Source: a virus
Strand: one strand, 5' to 3'
Virus record (IMG/VR): IMGVR_UViG_3300027741_000022
Location: 64,001 to 128,000 of that record
Length of the DNA stretch: 64,000 bases
Program-made: the position numbers and the translations under genes
The notes under the pieces: model-generated
Databases searched by the model: none
What the model was told of the DNA's origin: nothing
The model's input: only the letters and a program-made list of their open reading frames with translations
Shown: positions 56,415-64,000 of the stretch, piece after piece
Layout: each line of letters begins with the position of its first letter
Numbering within the stretch: the first letter of the stretch is position 1

Positions 56415-56687
56415 GGGAGCGTAGACCAACGGCAGAGTCAAAGGACTTGATATTAAATTGAGTGCTTAAAGAGAAATCTTTAATGTAGAATCGCTTAAAT
56501 TCGGTGAAAGCTTAACTGCCAATACCGAGCCAAGCCTAGAAATAGGAAGGTGTAGAGACTTAACAGGCGACACCTAAAGTCGAAAGACAATGGTGAAGAT
56601 AAAGTCCAGACTACAAACCGCAAGGGTAGTGAAAACTATAGTAGTAAGAAAATCCTTCAAGTACGAGTTCGAATCTCGTCGCTCCTA
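56415..56687 (+). tRNA. trnL: tRNA-Leu(UAA) interrupted by a group I intron; short variable loop
   Basis: Acceptor GGGAGCG/CGCTCCT, A73; spliced loop CT-TAA-AA in stem AAGGA/TCCTT. Confidence 0.82.
56449..56648 (+). mobile_element. group I intron (200 nt, no ORF)
   Basis: Same core; U34-G wobble; ends GTAAG. Confidence 0.88.
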
Positions 56688-56733
56688 CTGTCATCGATGT
56701 TAATTTAATTTATTCACTAACTAACTAAAACTC

Positions 56734-57094
56734 GGGGACGAATTTGGTATCGACTGGATAAAAAGATTTATAATTGCATGTCGGAGTTAGTCGATGGCTC
56801 CGTTAAAAATCGACTAAAGCCTTAACCGGCACTGTTAATTACGCAATGGCTGCCTGATAAAAAGGGCTACCACGGATTTAGGAAGCTACTGTAGGATGCG
56901 TCCTAATAATTCGTCGTCAAATCCTACTGGTTTTCTGATGGTCAACTTATCAGAAAATGAGAAAATAGGTTGAGAGGTTTTAAAGACTTTTGTTTATTGT
57001 AGTCTTTAAGGTCTTATTGAACAATAAGCCAAACATGTGAAGAAGTTATATTTTGATTTATCTCAGGACAGGAGTTCAACTCTCCTCGTCTCCA
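56734..57094 (+). ncRNA. ssrA: tmRNA
   Basis: GGGGACG/CGTCTCC-A acceptor with G3-U70, T arm AGGAG-TTCAACT-CTCCT, tag (A)GTVNYAMAA** at 56828-56860. Confidence 0.92.
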
Positions 57095-57098
57095 CTTT

Positions 57099-57144
57099 CA
57101 ATCATCCCACTGTCTTGTGTTAGACAGTGGGATGATTGTTTTTA
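57099..57144 (+). terminator. 17-bp perfect hairpin terminator
   Basis: CAATCATCCCACTGTCT / AGACAGTGGGATGATTG plus T-tract. Confidence 0.8.
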
Positions 57145-57150
57145 AACACT

Positions 57151-57384
57151 ATGAAAAACAAAAAGTTACTTAAAACATTTGATGGCGGTGAAACTACCGT
57201 ATATCAGGTTTGTTATTATCCTTCATCTCGTAGTGTTTATTTCAACGAGAAGCCAAACAAAAAACAACTATTAAACATTGCTGAAAAGTATTTTGAAATA
57301 ACTTCAGAAGAAGAAATAGCCCAGATAGATGAAAATTTTAGCGTCATTGAAGTCAAAGTTTTTAATTTGTATTCACCCCAGTAA
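57151..57384 (+). CDS. hypothetical protein
   Basis: ORF. Confidence 0.55.
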   Translation: MKNKKLLKTFDGGETTVYQVCYYPSSRSVYFNEKPNKKQLLNIAEKYFEITSEEEIAQIDENFSVIEVKVFNLYSPQ

Positions 57385-57389
57385 TTATC

Positions 57390-58022
57390 ATGAAAATTGC
57401 AGCCCGAAAACTTATGAGTTCTTTTGAAAAGATTCCACTTTTCTTTGAAGAAGCAACCATAAAGACTGAGGAAGAAACTATAGATGCTGTGATAGTTCAC
57501 AGCAAGTCTGATGATGTCCCAGATTGGTTTATCGCTACTGAAGAGCCCCGCTTTTATAGCGAAGATTACAAGGGTGTAAATGATTTAATACTTGAATGTA
57601 TTGATGGAGGCATGATAGAGGTCACTAGACTCGTCCACGGTAGTGAATGTATTGATGATTATTTGTTTGACCCAATTTCTAAAATTATAGTATATTTTTC
57701 TCAAGATGATCATCATGAAGATCCTGTTGATGTTAGTATTTTAAATAATGAAGAAAAGAATAAGTTGTTCCAAGATTATTCTTGTTATGCTTATGAGCAA
57801 GAAGTTGTTTTACCGAAAATTATTTACGACGAAGTGCTAAATTCATTGTCAATAAAAGATATCATAGAATTCAAAGAATACTTTAGAGAGAATTGTTCTG
57901 GTCTTGATGATATGCGCCCGAGATATAATTCGGAAGGTAAATTGACCGAATCAAAAGCAAGTCAAGAGGATCGTGAAAATTTCGAAAAATATTTTGATAA
58001 GATCTTGGCTTTGTATGTTTAA
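57390..58022 (+). CDS. acidic hypothetical protein
   Basis: ORF. Confidence 0.6.
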   Translation: MKIAARKLMSSFEKIPLFFEEATIKTEEETIDAVIVHSKSDDVPDWFIATEEPRFYSEDYKGVNDLILECIDGGMIEVTRLVHGSECIDDYLFDPISKIIVYFSQDDHHEDPVDVSILNNEEKNKLFQDYSCYAYEQEVVLPKIIYDEVLNSLSIKDIIEFKEYFRENCSGLDDMRPRYNSEGKLTESKASQEDRENFEKYFDKILALYV

Positions 58023-58039
58023 ATCTAAGGAGAATCATC

Positions 58040-58609
58040 ATGAGCACAACAATTGATATGCCAAGTTGGTTCAAATACACATACGATGACTTCATAGAGA
58101 AGAACTCGGAGGTTTGGACTTACATAAAAGAAAAACTTAAATTCGAAGAAATGATTGAGCTATATGCTATTTGTAAAGCAGAAAAAGAAATAACTGATGG
58201 TTTGTTTGAGATTGTTTTTGAACAATTTCACATGTATGAAGATGATATAAACAATTTTGTTAAAAGCAATAAGTATAAACTTCTTTCGTTCAATAAAGAA
58301 ACAGCCGATCTTGTTGGTGCTTGTGTTAAGAAAAATAATATAGCACAGGTTGTAGAAGAAGACTTGAAAAATTTGAATGAAATTGAAGAAAAGCTAAGAA
58401 GCTATGAGAAATCTTTTGGAATTAAATTTGATTTTGTTGATTTTGAATGTCTAAATAAAGCAAAAAAAATTGGCAAGTTTTGGATGCATGAAAAACAGAT
58501 AGTTAATAATGGCGATGTTTATGGTAGCGAGATAAACACGATAATAAATCTTTTTCCAAAAACGTTTGCGTATGTCAAAGAGAATGATTTGGATTGGAAC
58601 TTAGATTAG
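58040..58609 (+). CDS. hypothetical protein, paralogue of 62455-63063
   Basis: PSWFKYT.DDF..NSEVW..NLFPKTF.YV. Confidence 0.7.
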   Translation: MSTTIDMPSWFKYTYDDFIEKNSEVWTYIKEKLKFEEMIELYAICKAEKEITDGLFEIVFEQFHMYEDDINNFVKSNKYKLLSFNKETADLVGACVKKNNIAQVVEEDLKNLNEIEEKLRSYEKSFGIKFDFVDFECLNKAKKIGKFWMHEKQIVNNGDVYGSEINTIINLFPKTFAYVKENDLDWNLD

Positions 58610-58617
58610 GCAGGATA

Positions 58618-59088
58618 ATGATTACCATTAATACATTTTGGCATAGCAAAAAAGAAGCATCTTTGATTAGAAAATTAAAGAAAATTCTAACGGAAGATGC
58701 TTCTAAGATCAAAAAGTTTATTGATAGTAAAGCAAAATTTTTACCTCAAAAAGAAACAAACGCCAAACTTCTTGGTTCGTTTGTTAATAAAGAAAAATGG
58801 TGTGAAGAAAATTGGCGAGACACTGGATCGCCTTTAAATAGATCTGAGCGTTGGCATTTGAGGGCATTGCTCAAAAGCTTGTGTTCTACGAATTATGGAG
58901 ATTCTGAAAATCATTGCACTTATATTTTTTGTGTGCACCATAGATCATTTAATGCTGATATTTACGCTTTAAAAGGATTATCGGAAATATTCTGCGAGCA
59001 GACACTAGATTTTTTGCGAGAAAATAATATCAAGATTGAATATCAAATGGAGGATATTCACACCTGTGAATACCAATCAACTAAGTAG
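58618..59088 (+). CDS. hypothetical protein
   Basis: ORF. Confidence 0.55.
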   Translation: MITINTFWHSKKEASLIRKLKKILTEDASKIKKFIDSKAKFLPQKETNAKLLGSFVNKEKWCEENWRDTGSPLNRSERWHLRALLKSLCSTNYGDSENHCTYIFCVHHRSFNADIYALKGLSEIFCEQTLDFLRENNIKIEYQMEDIHTCEYQSTK

Positions 59089-59105
59089 TTTCCTCCCGGT
59101 ACGCT
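59089..59105 (+). promoter_or_regulatory. repeated promoter-like motif
   Basis: TTTCCTCCCGGTACGCT directly after a TAG stop. Confidence 0.75.
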
Positions 59106-59145
59106 CTGTATGTAGCTGGTTCTATTTTTATAACAAGGAGTTTAT

Positions 59146-59541
59146 ATGTATTACCCCCGAAGCAAGACAACTGATTCTATTCACAGCAAGATCGTGGTTA
59201 TTTGCGAACATCTGAGAACCAATTATAATGCTAAAAAGCATGGTGGTTATAACATCTATTCAGATGATAAGATCGTTGCTGCAACTGACACTTTTGTTCC
59301 CAACGTTGATCTTAGCGTCAAGGTTGGTCAAAATCTTGAGCGTGTTTTTGGTTGCAACTTTAATGGCGAACAGGTAACTTATCATCCTGGTAAGTGGGAA
59401 GATTATCTTGACGATCTTTACGTCAAGGCTCTTGCAATCCGACAGGAAAAGCAACAAGATGAACTGTTGAGGCTTGAGCAGGAAAAGTTGAATTGTGTTA
59501 GCGATGCCAGTGAAGCCGCCAATAATGTTTTTGCCAATTAG
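59146..59541 (+). CDS. hypothetical protein
   Basis: SD AAGGAG. Confidence 0.7.
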   Translation: MYYPRSKTTDSIHSKIVVICEHLRTNYNAKKHGGYNIYSDDKIVAATDTFVPNVDLSVKVGQNLERVFGCNFNGEQVTYHPGKWEDYLDDLYVKALAIRQEKQQDELLRLEQEKLNCVSDASEAANNVFAN

Positions 59542-59555
59542 AAGAAAGCCTAAAA

Positions 59556-60089
59556 ATGAATTTATTTGCAAAAGAAGAAAAACTTGAAAAAGAACTGTCT
59601 GAAGTCAGGTTGGCAATACAAGAACAAGTTAGAACAGCTGGTGAACTACTACTTGATGAAGTTAAAGAAGAAATAAATTCGCTTAAGAATGCAAGTTTTT
59701 ATAATCAAGAAGAAACTATTGAGGTTAATGTAACCTACACAATAAAGAATTTTAAAATTCTTTACAGGGATTTGTTTGATTCAGATATATCATCTGTTGG
59801 TCAGTGTAAAGTAGAAATTAAACAAAAGCTAGGTTTGGGTTTGGGCATACAAGAAGAAGTTAAAAACACAATTGAAAATAATTTTGACGACCACAGGGTG
59901 TTTGAGTGGATTGGAATAAATTCAAAAGAACAAATTGGATGTATTTCTTCCAATACAAAGAAATTTATTGAAATGCATGAAAATTGTAGGCAAGATTTAA
60001 TCAAAAAAGCATCTTCTATTGGGAAGAAGTTAGGATTAACTACAGATGTAGTAAACAGGCTTCTAAAAAGTTATCTGGGGAGTGGATAA
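59556..60089 (+). CDS. hypothetical protein
   Basis: ORF. Confidence 0.6.
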   Translation: MNLFAKEEKLEKELSEVRLAIQEQVRTAGELLLDEVKEEINSLKNASFYNQEETIEVNVTYTIKNFKILYRDLFDSDISSVGQCKVEIKQKLGLGLGIQEEVKNTIENNFDDHRVFEWIGINSKEQIGCISSNTKKFIEMHENCRQDLIKKASSIGKKLGLTTDVVNRLLKSYLGSG

Positions 60090-60168
60090 ATGCAACTATA
60101 AACCGTAACTGATGATGCGGTTAGAGAATTTTAGAGAATGTTTCAATCAAAACCAGTAGGAGAATAAA

Positions 60169-60570
60169 ATGACTGATAAAATTTTTGAAGAATTAGATCA
60201 CATTTGTCATATTGCAGCAAATAAATTAAAGAGTAGACTTGGAGGAGGCAGAGATTTTACTGCTGCTGTTACATTTCGTAATTCTTTTCAAGATTTGAGT
60301 GGACAGACCCCTCTTTGGTCAATAACAATGCCAGACATTGATGGTAGAGAAATACTATTTAAAAAGCCAAATTATGATGAATTGATTGAAGAGTATAACG
60401 GAGAAAAAATAGAAGGTGGATACTACAATCATATTACATTAGACTTAACCGTATTTGGCGACAGTTATTCTGAGTGTTTTGAAGAATTCAAGCAAAAGAT
60501 CAACAATCTCCCAGAAGATGATAGCAGTTACCCAGATTTCAATAGTGGCGACATTATTCAATCTTTTTAA
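60169..60570 (+). CDS. hypothetical protein
   Basis: SD AGGAG. Confidence 0.65.
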   Translation: MTDKIFEELDHICHIAANKLKSRLGGGRDFTAAVTFRNSFQDLSGQTPLWSITMPDIDGREILFKKPNYDELIEEYNGEKIEGGYYNHITLDLTVFGDSYSECFEEFKQKINNLPEDDSSYPDFNSGDIIQSF

Positions 60571-60581
60571 GGAATTTATTA

Positions 60582-60833
60582 GTGGATATCATTGAAATTG
60601 AAAACTTTGTTAAAGATAAAAGAAAAGTTGTAAAAGAATTTTTTGAAAATAATCCCGAAGAAAATGTTTTTACTGTTCTGTTTGAGCTTGTGGACAAGAA
60701 CCTAGATATTATCAACAAGTTCAAAAATGATTGTGAAAAATCTGGCGATGAGAAAGAAAAGGATCAGTTGAAGGATATGATCAAAAAAATGATGGACAGT
60801 GTTGTAAACAGTCTATCTGTTACCGTAGAATAG
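60582..60833 (+). CDS. hypothetical protein
   Basis: ORF. Confidence 0.55.
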   Translation: MDIIEIENFVKDKRKVVKEFFENNPEENVFTVLFELVDKNLDIINKFKNDCEKSGDEKEKDQLKDMIKKMMDSVVNSLSVTVE

Positions 60834-60843
60834 AAAGTTAAAA

Positions 60844-61383
60844 ATGACCACAAAAGAAACCATCAGAAATAAGATTCCTTTGCCTAACCATTCTTTGAGT
60901 GATTTGGCTGATTCTTTGGCGACAGCATCAAATATTGCCAAAGGACTAGGAATAGACATTTCGCAAATGGGTGCTTGGAGAAGGGTCATTATCTCCAATA
61001 CTTTGGGACATAGCCCAGTTACTGGTTCTGGTGAATCGCTGCTTGATGCTACCAAAGATGGAGTAAATTACTCTTATTTGTCGTCTCATTATGGAAAAAG
61101 AGCACAGATTTATATGGGAGCATCAACATTATCAGCACCAAGAAAAGATGTAACATTTATTTTGGCTTTTTTCTCAGATCACGATTCTTCCAAAATTCTT
61201 TCAATGTGGAGTTGTGATTCTGATACTATTTGGAAAGAAGTAGAAGAACAAGCAGCTAGAAAAGCTAGAAAAGCTAAATCTAAAACCAAGCCAAAATCAC
61301 AGTTGGCTTATTTTTCTGAGGCATGGCTTCGATCTAAGAAGGGCAAAGGCGCAGAATTAATTTTCAAAAACGAGAATCTTTAA
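60844..61383 (+). CDS. possible degenerate PD-(D/E)XK (PvuII-like) fold protein
   Basis: LGH..G..DATKDGVNYSYLS where active enzymes have DA..G..YE.KS. Confidence 0.35.
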   Translation: MTTKETIRNKIPLPNHSLSDLADSLATASNIAKGLGIDISQMGAWRRVIISNTLGHSPVTGSGESLLDATKDGVNYSYLSSHYGKRAQIYMGASTLSAPRKDVTFILAFFSDHDSSKILSMWSCDSDTIWKEVEEQAARKARKAKSKTKPKSQLAYFSEAWLRSKKGKGAELIFKNENL

Positions 61384-61384
61384 A

Positions 61385-61672
61385 ATGAAACTATACACCG
61401 TAACAGATAACAATATTGTGATTGAGTTTCTGAGTATTCAGCTAACTGATAAGCTTGAAGAAAAGGCAGAAATTATTGCTGCAAAAGGGTGGAAATTTTT
61501 CTTCAAAGAACAAGATAGTCTCACCGTTGTGGCATCTATGAAAGATGGTGTTGAGATTGGCGATAAATATCTTGGTTCCACAAGGATTGTAAAAAAAGAT
61601 GGCAATGTTCGCAAAGAAATCATACTGCTGGTGAATGAGACATTTCACGCAGTTGAAAATTCAGAGGATTAA
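61385..61672 (+). CDS. hypothetical protein
   Basis: ORF. Confidence 0.55.
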   Translation: MKLYTVTDNNIVIEFLSIQLTDKLEEKAEIIAAKGWKFFFKEQDSLTVVASMKDGVEIGDKYLGSTRIVKKDGNVRKEIILLVNETFHAVENSED

Positions 61673-61679
61673 AAGACAT

Positions 61680-62432
61680 ATGCCCACAACCAAAACTAAA
61701 ACCAAAACCAAACTTATAACCTTTGCAAATTTAGTAAATAATAAGCGTTACGCCACCATTCTTGCCAATTTAATTGAAGGTAAGATTTCCAAAGAAGAGT
61801 TTTTGAGCAAAGAAATTTATACAAGTATTAAAAAATCAATTCTTCTTGGAAGTTTTGAAGAAGAAAATGATGATCTCAAGCAAATTTCATCAAAGTTTCT
61901 TGAAGTCCTTAAAATAAAAGACAAAGATTCTCTCAAAAAGTTTACTGACAGTGTTAATGATGAATATTTTAGAGAGAACGCAACTGTTGAGAATGCTTTG
62001 ATAACTTTTCTGAAAAGCGTTATTGGTACCGACTTTGCCACTCACAAAGACTCAAGACTCTTTAAGCCTCAAAAGTTTTTAACAAAGTTATTAGGTGATA
62101 AAGAATTTATTGAACAAGTGGAAAAAGATAAAAAGCATATAGTTTCATTTCAAAAATTTCTCCAAGAAATTCCATCTAACTTTAAAAGGTTTGTGAACAT
62201 TGGTTGGTGGGATGACACGTATCTAAACGGAGATTATAATGCGTTAAAAAAACTTCTTGATAATGCTTTGAAAGACTGCGACAAATGGATTGAAGAGGAA
62301 AAAAATGGACTAAACCTAGCCTCTGTAGACTCAGAGTGTATTAGTATTTCTGGCTCTACTGGACAAAGCGATAGCTGGGAAGAATGGAAGTATATTTTCC
62401 CAAATACTTACAAGTATCTTTATGACGTTTAA
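61680..62432 (+). CDS. hypothetical protein
   Basis: ORF; C-term IFPNTYKYL. Confidence 0.65.
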   Translation: MPTTKTKTKTKLITFANLVNNKRYATILANLIEGKISKEEFLSKEIYTSIKKSILLGSFEEENDDLKQISSKFLEVLKIKDKDSLKKFTDSVNDEYFRENATVENALITFLKSVIGTDFATHKDSRLFKPQKFLTKLLGDKEFIEQVEKDKKHIVSFQKFLQEIPSNFKRFVNIGWWDDTYLNGDYNALKKLLDNALKDCDKWIEEEKNGLNLASVDSECISISGSTGQSDSWEEWKYIFPNTYKYLYDV

Positions 62433-62454
62433 AACCTAGGATAAGCAATAAGCA

Positions 62455-63063
62455 ATGACTACTACAACAATTAATCTCCCAAGTTGGTTCAAATATACTC
62501 TCGATGACTTTACTAATAAAAATAGTGAAGTTTGGTTTCATATAAAAAACGAACTTGAATTCGATGAAATAGTCGATCTGTATGCCAGCTGTAAATCAGA
62601 CAAAGAAATAACTGATAGCTTGATTGAAGTTCTTTATGAAGAATTTCCCAAGTATGAAGACGATATAAATAATTTTGTCGGCACAGATAAGCACCTTCTT
62701 CTTTCTTTCGACAAAGAAACAAGTGAATTTATTAATCATTGTATCACAAGAAACAACCTGGGACAGGTTGTAAAAGAAGACTTTAGGACTTTTAATGAAG
62801 TCGAGGAATCATTAAAAAATTGCATAGAAGTTTGCAAAAAAGTCAAAATTAACCTTGAAGGCATTGTTGATTTTGAATTCTTCACCAAAGCAAAAGAGTG
62901 TGGCGAGCTTTGGATCAAAGAGAAAAAGATATTTGATTCCGGTGATATTTCCGGTGATTATGAAGTGAATAAATTAATGAATCTTTTTCCAAAAACATTC
63001 GAATATGTTATGAAACATAAATTGGGTTGGGATTTGGGCGGTTGGTCTGGTGGATACGAATGA
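62455..63063 (+). CDS. hypothetical protein, paralogue of 58040-58609
   Basis: Colinear similarity. Confidence 0.7.
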   Translation: MTTTTINLPSWFKYTLDDFTNKNSEVWFHIKNELEFDEIVDLYASCKSDKEITDSLIEVLYEEFPKYEDDINNFVGTDKHLLLSFDKETSEFINHCITRNNLGQVVKEDFRTFNEVEESLKNCIEVCKKVKINLEGIVDFEFFTKAKECGELWIKEKKIFDSGDISGDYEVNKLMNLFPKTFEYVMKHKLGWDLGGWSGGYE

Positions 63064-63392
63064 AAATCAAACTCTTAGTTTGGTGTGAAGGCATTTTGCC
63101 AGAGCAATTTGAAGAAACTGATGACTTCACGGTAAGTGAGAATTTCGATGATTTTGTTGTCAGAGAAGTAAACAACAACAATCTTCTTCAAAGTTTTGAA
63201 AAAGATAGTCCATTAAACAAAATGAAATCTATCGAGTTTGAAGTTCCAGACGATCTTGATAGGCAGTTAATCTTTAATATTTGCTGGGGAAAGGCATGTG
63301 ATATGTGGTTTGATCACCAAATAGATGTTTATCAAGATTACTTGCTGAATTGGACTTTTGTGGAAAAAGATGGAAAGTGGGAGAAATTTTAA
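63060..63392 (+). CDS. hypothetical protein
   Basis: ORF. Confidence 0.55.
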   Translation: MKIKLLVWCEGILPEQFEETDDFTVSENFDDFVVREVNNNNLLQSFEKDSPLNKMKSIEFEVPDDLDRQLIFNICWGKACDMWFDHQIDVYQDYLLNWTFVEKDGKWEKF

Positions 63393-63799
63393 TGTACATG
63401 ATTTTTAAAGAAACTTATGACGGCTGTGAAGATCGTGTGCATTTGCATCATTATGAGTATCTATCGAACCATCAAGATAGGAATGCTTTTAGCAATGCTG
63501 GTCTTTGGGCTTCCGTAGAAGAAGCTGCCGTTAATATGTTTCTGAGTGGAAGTTTGGAGCGAAGAAGGTTTGATATGTTTGCTGATTTGCAAGAGGCAAC
63601 AAACATTTTGAATGTTTTCCAAAATCAATTGATTGAAGAATATAGAGAAACCCTTCCAGAAGCAAGAGAAGAAATAAACTTCTACGTTGTCAGGATCAAT
63701 ACCAGAGATGTTGTTAAGGTTGTTCCTAATGAGTTTGTTGAAATTTCTGCACGGACAGAAAACGCAAATTGGGAAGATATTCCTTATGATGGAGTTTAA
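63392..63799 (+). CDS. hypothetical protein
   Basis: ORF. Confidence 0.55.
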   Translation: MYMIFKETYDGCEDRVHLHHYEYLSNHQDRNAFSNAGLWASVEEAAVNMFLSGSLERRRFDMFADLQEATNILNVFQNQLIEEYRETLPEAREEINFYVVRINTRDVVKVVPNEFVEISARTENANWEDIPYDGV

Positions 63800-64000
63800 A
63801 TGACACCCGAACTAACTGACAAGCTAATATCAAAATACCCAGATCAGTTTAAAAACCTCAAGGGTATTGAGTGTGATGATGGTTGGTATAAAATACTAGA
63901 CAAGCTGTTTTATATTGTAACTAATCGTCTTGACTATAAAAACAGACTAAATGAACCTTTGGATTTTGGTTGGACTCAGCTTAAAGAAAAATTTGGTTCT
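63800..64000 (+). CDS. 5' part of a phage protein, truncated by the window edge
   Basis: MTPELTDKLISKYP..IECDDGWY..QLKEKFG. Confidence 0.6.
   Translation, partial: MTPELTDKLISKYPDQFKNLKGIECDDGWYKILDKLFYIVTNRLDYKNRLNEPLDFGWTQLKEKFGS

Noticed and set aside
158-62918. Most short minus-strand and nested ORFs in the track
   Set aside because: They are shadows of longer + strand genes, without RBS or recognisable motifs.
1-64000. Stop-codon reassignment (alternative genetic code)
   Set aside because: Genes are full-length and densely packed in code 11 and end in all three stop codons.

Overview
This is a 64 kb, AT-rich, gene-dense window coded almost entirely on the + strand. It looks like the accessory/early region of a large lytic dsDNA phage. 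I recognised no capsid, terminase or replicase gene. A Planctomycete-style sigma-70 hints at the host (inference). Main elements: (1) a nuclease-less Nop/IS110-related protein (50424-51338) directly followed by a 46-unit, 36-nt-period array of two alternating repeats and two short spacers (51333-52992), the architecture of a TIGR-TasA RNA-guided system; (2) three tRNA genes (Gln-UUG, Lys-UUU, Leu-UAA), each split at 34/35 by a sibling ~200-nt group I intron, with free-standing HNH and I-Ssp6803I-like endonucleases beside them; (3) a minus-strand tRNA-Asn with a 65-nt tRNA-shaped insert in its anticodon loop; (4) a tRNA-Thr and a tmRNA; (5) 13 co-oriented copies of a promoter-like 17-mer TTTCCTCCCGGTACGCT at gene-cluster boundaries; (6) GDP-fucose genes (intein-bearing gmd, fcl) and glycosyltransferases; (7) many small hypothetical proteins. 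All calls come from motifs read by eye; no database search was run.
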